A stretch of 64,000 bases of DNA from Deltaproteobacteria bacterium (lineage in GTDB: Bacteria > Myxococcota_A > Polyangia > Haliangiales > J016): positions 3,705 through 67,704 of the forward strand of contig RFGE01000087.1 of the NCBI GenBank assembly GCA_003696105.1, given 5' to 3'. A program made the position numbers and the translations under genes. Each line of letters starts with the position of its first letter. Position 1 is the first letter of the stretch. Below, piece by piece: positions 61,912-64,000 of this stretch. The notes under the pieces are model-generated. The model was not told the DNA's origin and searched no databases. It worked only from the letters and a program-made list of their open reading frames with translations.

Positions 61912-62735
61912 ACGAGTCGCTGCGCGAACGCTGGGCGGTCCCCGCCGCGATCACCGCGTTGGTGTACGCCGCGCTCGGCGCCGGGCTGTATGCGGCCGGC
62001 GAATGGGCGCGCGACCGACCGCGCGCGCGCGCGGTGATCGGGTTCGATGTGGTCGAGCCGCGGCCCGCCCCGCCGCCGGAGCCGGAGCCGCCGCCGGAGC
62101 CGGAGCCGCCGCCCGAGCCGCCGCCGCCCGAGCCGGAGCCGCCACCGGAGCCGCCCAAGCCCGAGCCGCCGTCTCGGCCCCGGCCTCGGCGCGTCGCGCG
62201 CATCCCCTCCGCGCCGACGCCCCCCGCGCCGCCACCGGCCGCTGCCGACGAGGCGCCCGCGCCCGGCCCGAACACGACCGGCGACCGCCCCGCCCCGCGG
62301 CGCGTCTTTCGCCTGCCGGATACCGGGCCGGGCGGGGCGATCCCGGTCGCTCGAGGCCGGACGACCGGGCGCGCCGGCGGCGTCGAGGGCGGCACCGGCA
62401 CGGACACGGGCGGCGGCGGGCCGCCGTCGTCCCGCGGCACCGGCGTGCGCCCCGTGTCCGTGAGCGCGCTCAAGCGCAAGCCGATCCCGAAGCGCGGGCA
62501 GGATTTCAGCAAGCTCAAGCAGCCGATCGCGGCCGAGATCGTCGTCAAGGTGCGGTTGCTCGTCGACGCGCGAGGACGCGTAGCCCGGGCGGCGCTCGTC
62601 CAGCGCTCGGGCTCCCCCCTGGACGCGATCGCCCTCGAGTTGGCGCGCGGGCTCGAGTTCGAGCCGGCGCTCGATCAGAACGACCGGCCGGTACCGACCG
62701 AAATCGTGTGGACGTTCCGGTTCACGCCGGGCTGA
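61908..62735 (+). CDS. tonB: TonB-like energy transducer
   Basis: There is a GTGA overlap. An N-terminal TM segment is followed by a long (EP)n/(PK) Pro-rich spacer and a C-terminal TonB domain (VKVRLLVDARGRVARAALVQRSG..LD..A..A....FEPA). Confidence 0.8.
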   Translation: MNESLRERWAVPAAITALVYAALGAGLYAAGEWARDRPRARAVIGFDVVEPRPAPPPEPEPPPEPEPPPEPPPPEPEPPPEPPKPEPPSRPRPRRVARIPSAPTPPAPPPAAADEAPAPGPNTTGDRPAPRRVFRLPDTGPGGAIPVARGRTTGRAGGVEGGTGTDTGGGGPPSSRGTGVRPVSVSALKRKPIPKRGQDFSKLKQPIAAEIVVKVRLLVDARGRVARAALVQRSGSPLDAIALELARGLEFEPALDQNDRPVPTEIVWTFRFTPG

Positions 62736-62781
62736 GCCGCGCCCGGTCGGTTTTCCGCGCGTGCGCCGCCGGTCGCGGACG

Positions 62782-63441
62782 TCATGCCTGGCGCCGCAGC
62801 CCGCGGAACGCAGCGTCGACCAGACCGGTGTTCGACAAGTTGTCGAGGTCGGCGGCCTCGCCGTCGGAAAGTGGCCCTTCGCCGTCGAGCAGGCGCACGA
62901 GCCGGCACATCAAGTCCACGTCGAGCGGCGCGTCGACGTGGACGTTGAGCAGCGCCGCGAGCGCCTGACACTCGGGTGCGGGCATCGGTTTGAAGAAGTG
63001 GTACAGCTGATCGGCGATCTCCATGCGGTCGCGCGCCGCGCGGAAGAAGGAGTACAGCGACTCGGCCGGGTAGGCGAACACCTCGCGCTGCCGCTCGGTC
63101 GCCATCGGACTGTCGGCGACGACGCGCACGGCGTTGACCACCACCCCCCACAGTTGGGCGACTCGATCGAGGTCGGCGTAGCGGATGTTGTCCCAGTAGC
63201 GCGCGTCCGCGTCGAGATGGGCCGCGACGTCGTCGCGCACCGCATCCGGTACGTCCACCAGCAGGTTCGCGCGGCCGGGCCCGCCGTGGGTCTCGGCGGC
63301 CTTGATGCGGAGCACCCAGTACAGCGGGTCGTTCGTTCCGTCGAAGCGCTCCGCCCAGACGCGGAGCGCAGATTCCATCGCCCGGCGCAGCGCGTCGGAC
63401 ACGTCGTCGTGCGGCATGGTCGGATCTCCCGGAAGGGTCAT
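62782..63441 (-). CDS. hypothetical cytoplasmic protein
   Basis: The ~219-aa helical ORF runs from ATG 63441 (MTLPGDPTMPHDD...). It has high GC3, no recognisable motif and no signal peptide. The upstream portion of the listed 328-aa ORF is R/A-rich. Confidence 0.5.
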   Translation of the reverse strand: MTLPGDPTMPHDDVSDALRRAMESALRVWAERFDGTNDPLYWVLRIKAAETHGGPGRANLLVDVPDAVRDDVAAHLDADARYWDNIRYADLDRVAQLWGVVVNAVRVVADSPMATERQREVFAYPAESLYSFFRAARDRMEIADQLYHFFKPMPAPECQALAALLNVHVDAPLDVDLMCRLVRLLDGEGPLSDGEAADLDNLSNTGLVDAAFRGLRRQA

Positions 63442-63618
63442 TTCACCACAATCGACGCGACGCGTCAAGGCGCGGGCGGCCTGCTCCGGTTCCCAGGCCG
63501 CGAGCCGGTAAGCGTGGCGGGCTCGCCGCCGCGCGCACCGGCTCGCGGCCGCCGCCGTCCCGCACGACCGCCCCCTGGCGCCTGGCTTGCCGGCCGCGGC
63601 GGGCGGTACAATCGTGCC

Positions 63619-64000
63619 ATGACGCACCGGGGGATGTCCCGCGCCGCGCTGGCGGCCGGGCTCGTGTCGGCGATCGTGTCGCTGGCGCCGCGCGGCGCTC
63701 GCGCGCAAGAGCCGGAGTTCGACGCCGCCATCGACCTGAACCTGTTCGAGTACGCGACCGGGCGACACACGTTTCTCACGGTGCCGGACGTCGACGTGAT
63801 CGGCGATCGCCAGTTCAACGTCGACTTTCTCATCACGTTCCTCACCAACCCGCTCACCATCTACAACGTCCAGCCGGTCGGCGACGGGTTCGAGATCGAC
63901 GACATGAACCCGGAGCGCACCGAGGTCGTCGAGCGCATGCTCGCCGGGATCCTCGGCGGCGCCTACGGCCTGCGCGACGAGTTCGAGATTGGTGTCGCGT
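63619..64000 (+). CDS. secreted protein, N-terminal fragment (3' end outside window)
   Basis: It is not in the ORF track because there is no stop within the window. ATG 63619 is preceded by TACAAT at 63607-63612. MTHRGMSRAALAAGLVSAIVSLAPRGARAQEPEF is a signal peptide, followed by beta-rich sequence (FNVDFLITFLTNPLTIYNV). Confidence 0.6.
   Translation, partial: MTHRGMSRAALAAGLVSAIVSLAPRGARAQEPEFDAAIDLNLFEYATGRHTFLTVPDVDVIGDRQFNVDFLITFLTNPLTIYNVQPVGDGFEIDDMNPERTEVVERMLAGILGGAYGLRDEFEIGVA

Overview
This is a very GC-rich chromosomal segment in which third codon positions are almost all G/C, so all six frames stay open over long stretches. Many long ORFs in the supplied track are therefore artefacts. 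I support about 60 protein-coding genes and saw no rRNA, tRNA, CRISPR array, transposase or integrase.

Gene content points to a Myxococcota-type genome (inference). The evidence is a FrzS/AglZ-like pseudo-receiver coiled-coil protein, a PilZ-PEGA protein, DUF4388-like and DUF2378-like proteins, many lipoproteins with Gly/Asp linkers, and a sigma54-centred cluster.

Main blocks:
- 0.6-4.4 kb: pseudo-receiver coiled-coil protein plus an HD-GYP protein.
- 4.4-9.1 kb: hflX, a sulfatase-like lipoprotein and a sulfotransferase.
- 9.2-19.8 kb: envelope, secreted and miscellaneous genes.
- 19.8-21.1 kb: glutaredoxin-like, TlpA-like and CheY-like genes.
- 21.2-33.1 kb: a long minus-strand array, rpoN-hpf-ptsN-(small ORF)-hprK-rapZ-ptsH-ptsI-lipoprotein-(peptidase/PD40/Omp85-like 975 aa)-(degenerate kinase-like)-COG0523 GTPase. 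The stretch from hprK to the kinase-like gene is tightly packed (start/stop overlaps of 1-8 nt plus a single 27-nt gap).
- 34-38 kb: pyrG, a four-cluster ferredoxin and a biotin carboxylase.
- 38-44.6 kb: vWA protein, ggt, PilZ-PEGA.
- 44.6-47.3 kb: iron block, with bfr divergent from a cytochrome c-FTR1 fusion.
- 47.3-49.3 kb: MoxR/vWA pair.
- 49.35-50.19 kb: gene-free repeat-bearing gap, followed by a LysR gene with no canonical start.
- 51.6-57.6 kb: FadL-like OMP, mnmG, bamD and a TPR protein.
- 57.6-62.7 kb: two orphan response regulators, ChaN, and truD coupled to exbB-exbD-tonB.

Most interesting non-obvious signals:
1. Two sigma54-type -24/-12 elements pointing away from rpoN, followed by a perfect 35-bp tandem duplication.
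2. The self-contained peptidase-propeller-barrel protein welded onto the PTS-Ntr operon.
3. The 840-bp non-coding region and the AT-rich island at the LysR 5' end.
4. A 10-bp perfect inverted repeat enclosing the start codon of a LuxR-type regulator, next to an orphan terminator-like hairpin.
5. An AT-rich 19-bp palindrome between a good sigma70-like promoter and the iron permease gene.

All functional calls come from motifs read in the translations. No database search was possible.
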